Below are positions 63,721 to 64,000 of a DNA stretch of 64,000 nt, piece by piece. A program made the position numbers and the translations under genes. The DNA is taken from assembly GCA_964016885.1 (NCBI GenBank), contig OZ024742.1, forward strand, positions 39,246,001-39,310,000, read 5' to 3'. This DNA is from Eledone cirrhosa (lineage: Eukaryota). Each line of letters opens with the position of its first letter. Within the stretch, counting starts at the first letter, position 1. The notes under the pieces are model-generated. The model was given only the letters and a program-made list of their open reading frames with translations. It was not told where the DNA came from and did no database searches.

Positions 63721-63758
63721 AAATATGGTTTTATAAATATAGTTTCCATTTATTTAAT

Positions 63759-63792
<34 letters not shown>

Positions 63793-63795
<3 letters not shown>

Positions 63796-63838
63796 TCAAA
63801 TTTCGTTATAGCGGAATTCACGGGGTATGAAAAAATAC

Positions 63839-63880
<42 letters not shown>

Positions 63881-63923
63881 TAAAATTTCGTTATAACGGA
63901 ATTCACGGGGTATGAAAAAATTC

Positions 63924-63925
<2 letters not shown>
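63793..63925 (+). repeat. Two tandem 48-bp Tigger-like TIR fragments separated by (TA)n
   Basis: CAGT(C/A)AAATTTCGTTATA(G/A)CGGAATTCACGGGGTATGAAAAAA at 63793 and 63878. Confidence 0.7.
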
Positions 63926-63981
<56 letters not shown>

Positions 63982-64000
63982 ATATATATATATATATATA

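Larger units (their letters stand above)
60822..63764 (+). mobile_element. 5'-truncated Naiad-like PLE with ~685-bp inverted terminal duplication (family B)
   Basis: 60910-61594 is the near-perfect reverse complement of 63078-63764; ~88-nt tail on the left only; GIY-YIG frame inside; hammerheads in both arms; (TA)n flanks. Confidence 0.92.

Overview
AT-rich animal genomic DNA made almost entirely of repeats. The SINE types and microsatellite load suggest an octopus or other cephalopod (inference). No confident host gene; nearly all long ORFs in the track are microsatellite artefacts. Main contents: (1) seven copies of a Tx1/L1-clade non-LTR retrotransposon, one near full length at 22569-28220, whose 3' ends abut TATC/GATA repeats, including a head-to-tail stack with a 21-bp TSD; (2) many Penelope-like element (PLE) derivatives inserted in (TA)n, mostly as fold-back (inverted) structures carrying type I hammerhead ribozymes from several unrelated families, including a U3-A8 core variant; (3) a ~430-bp hammerhead-containing retrozyme-like unit with an octamer / PSE-like / TATA arrangement, one copy with a TSD; (4) a Naiad-like PLE RT whose expected GIY-YIG domain is replaced by the 3' end of a CRE-like LINE, and a separate open GIY-YIG reading frame missed by the ORF track; (5) decayed RTE LINEs, tRNA-derived SINEs, MITE pieces and large simple or cryptic satellites. 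All alignments and RNA folds were done by eye, and boundaries of degenerate elements are approximate.
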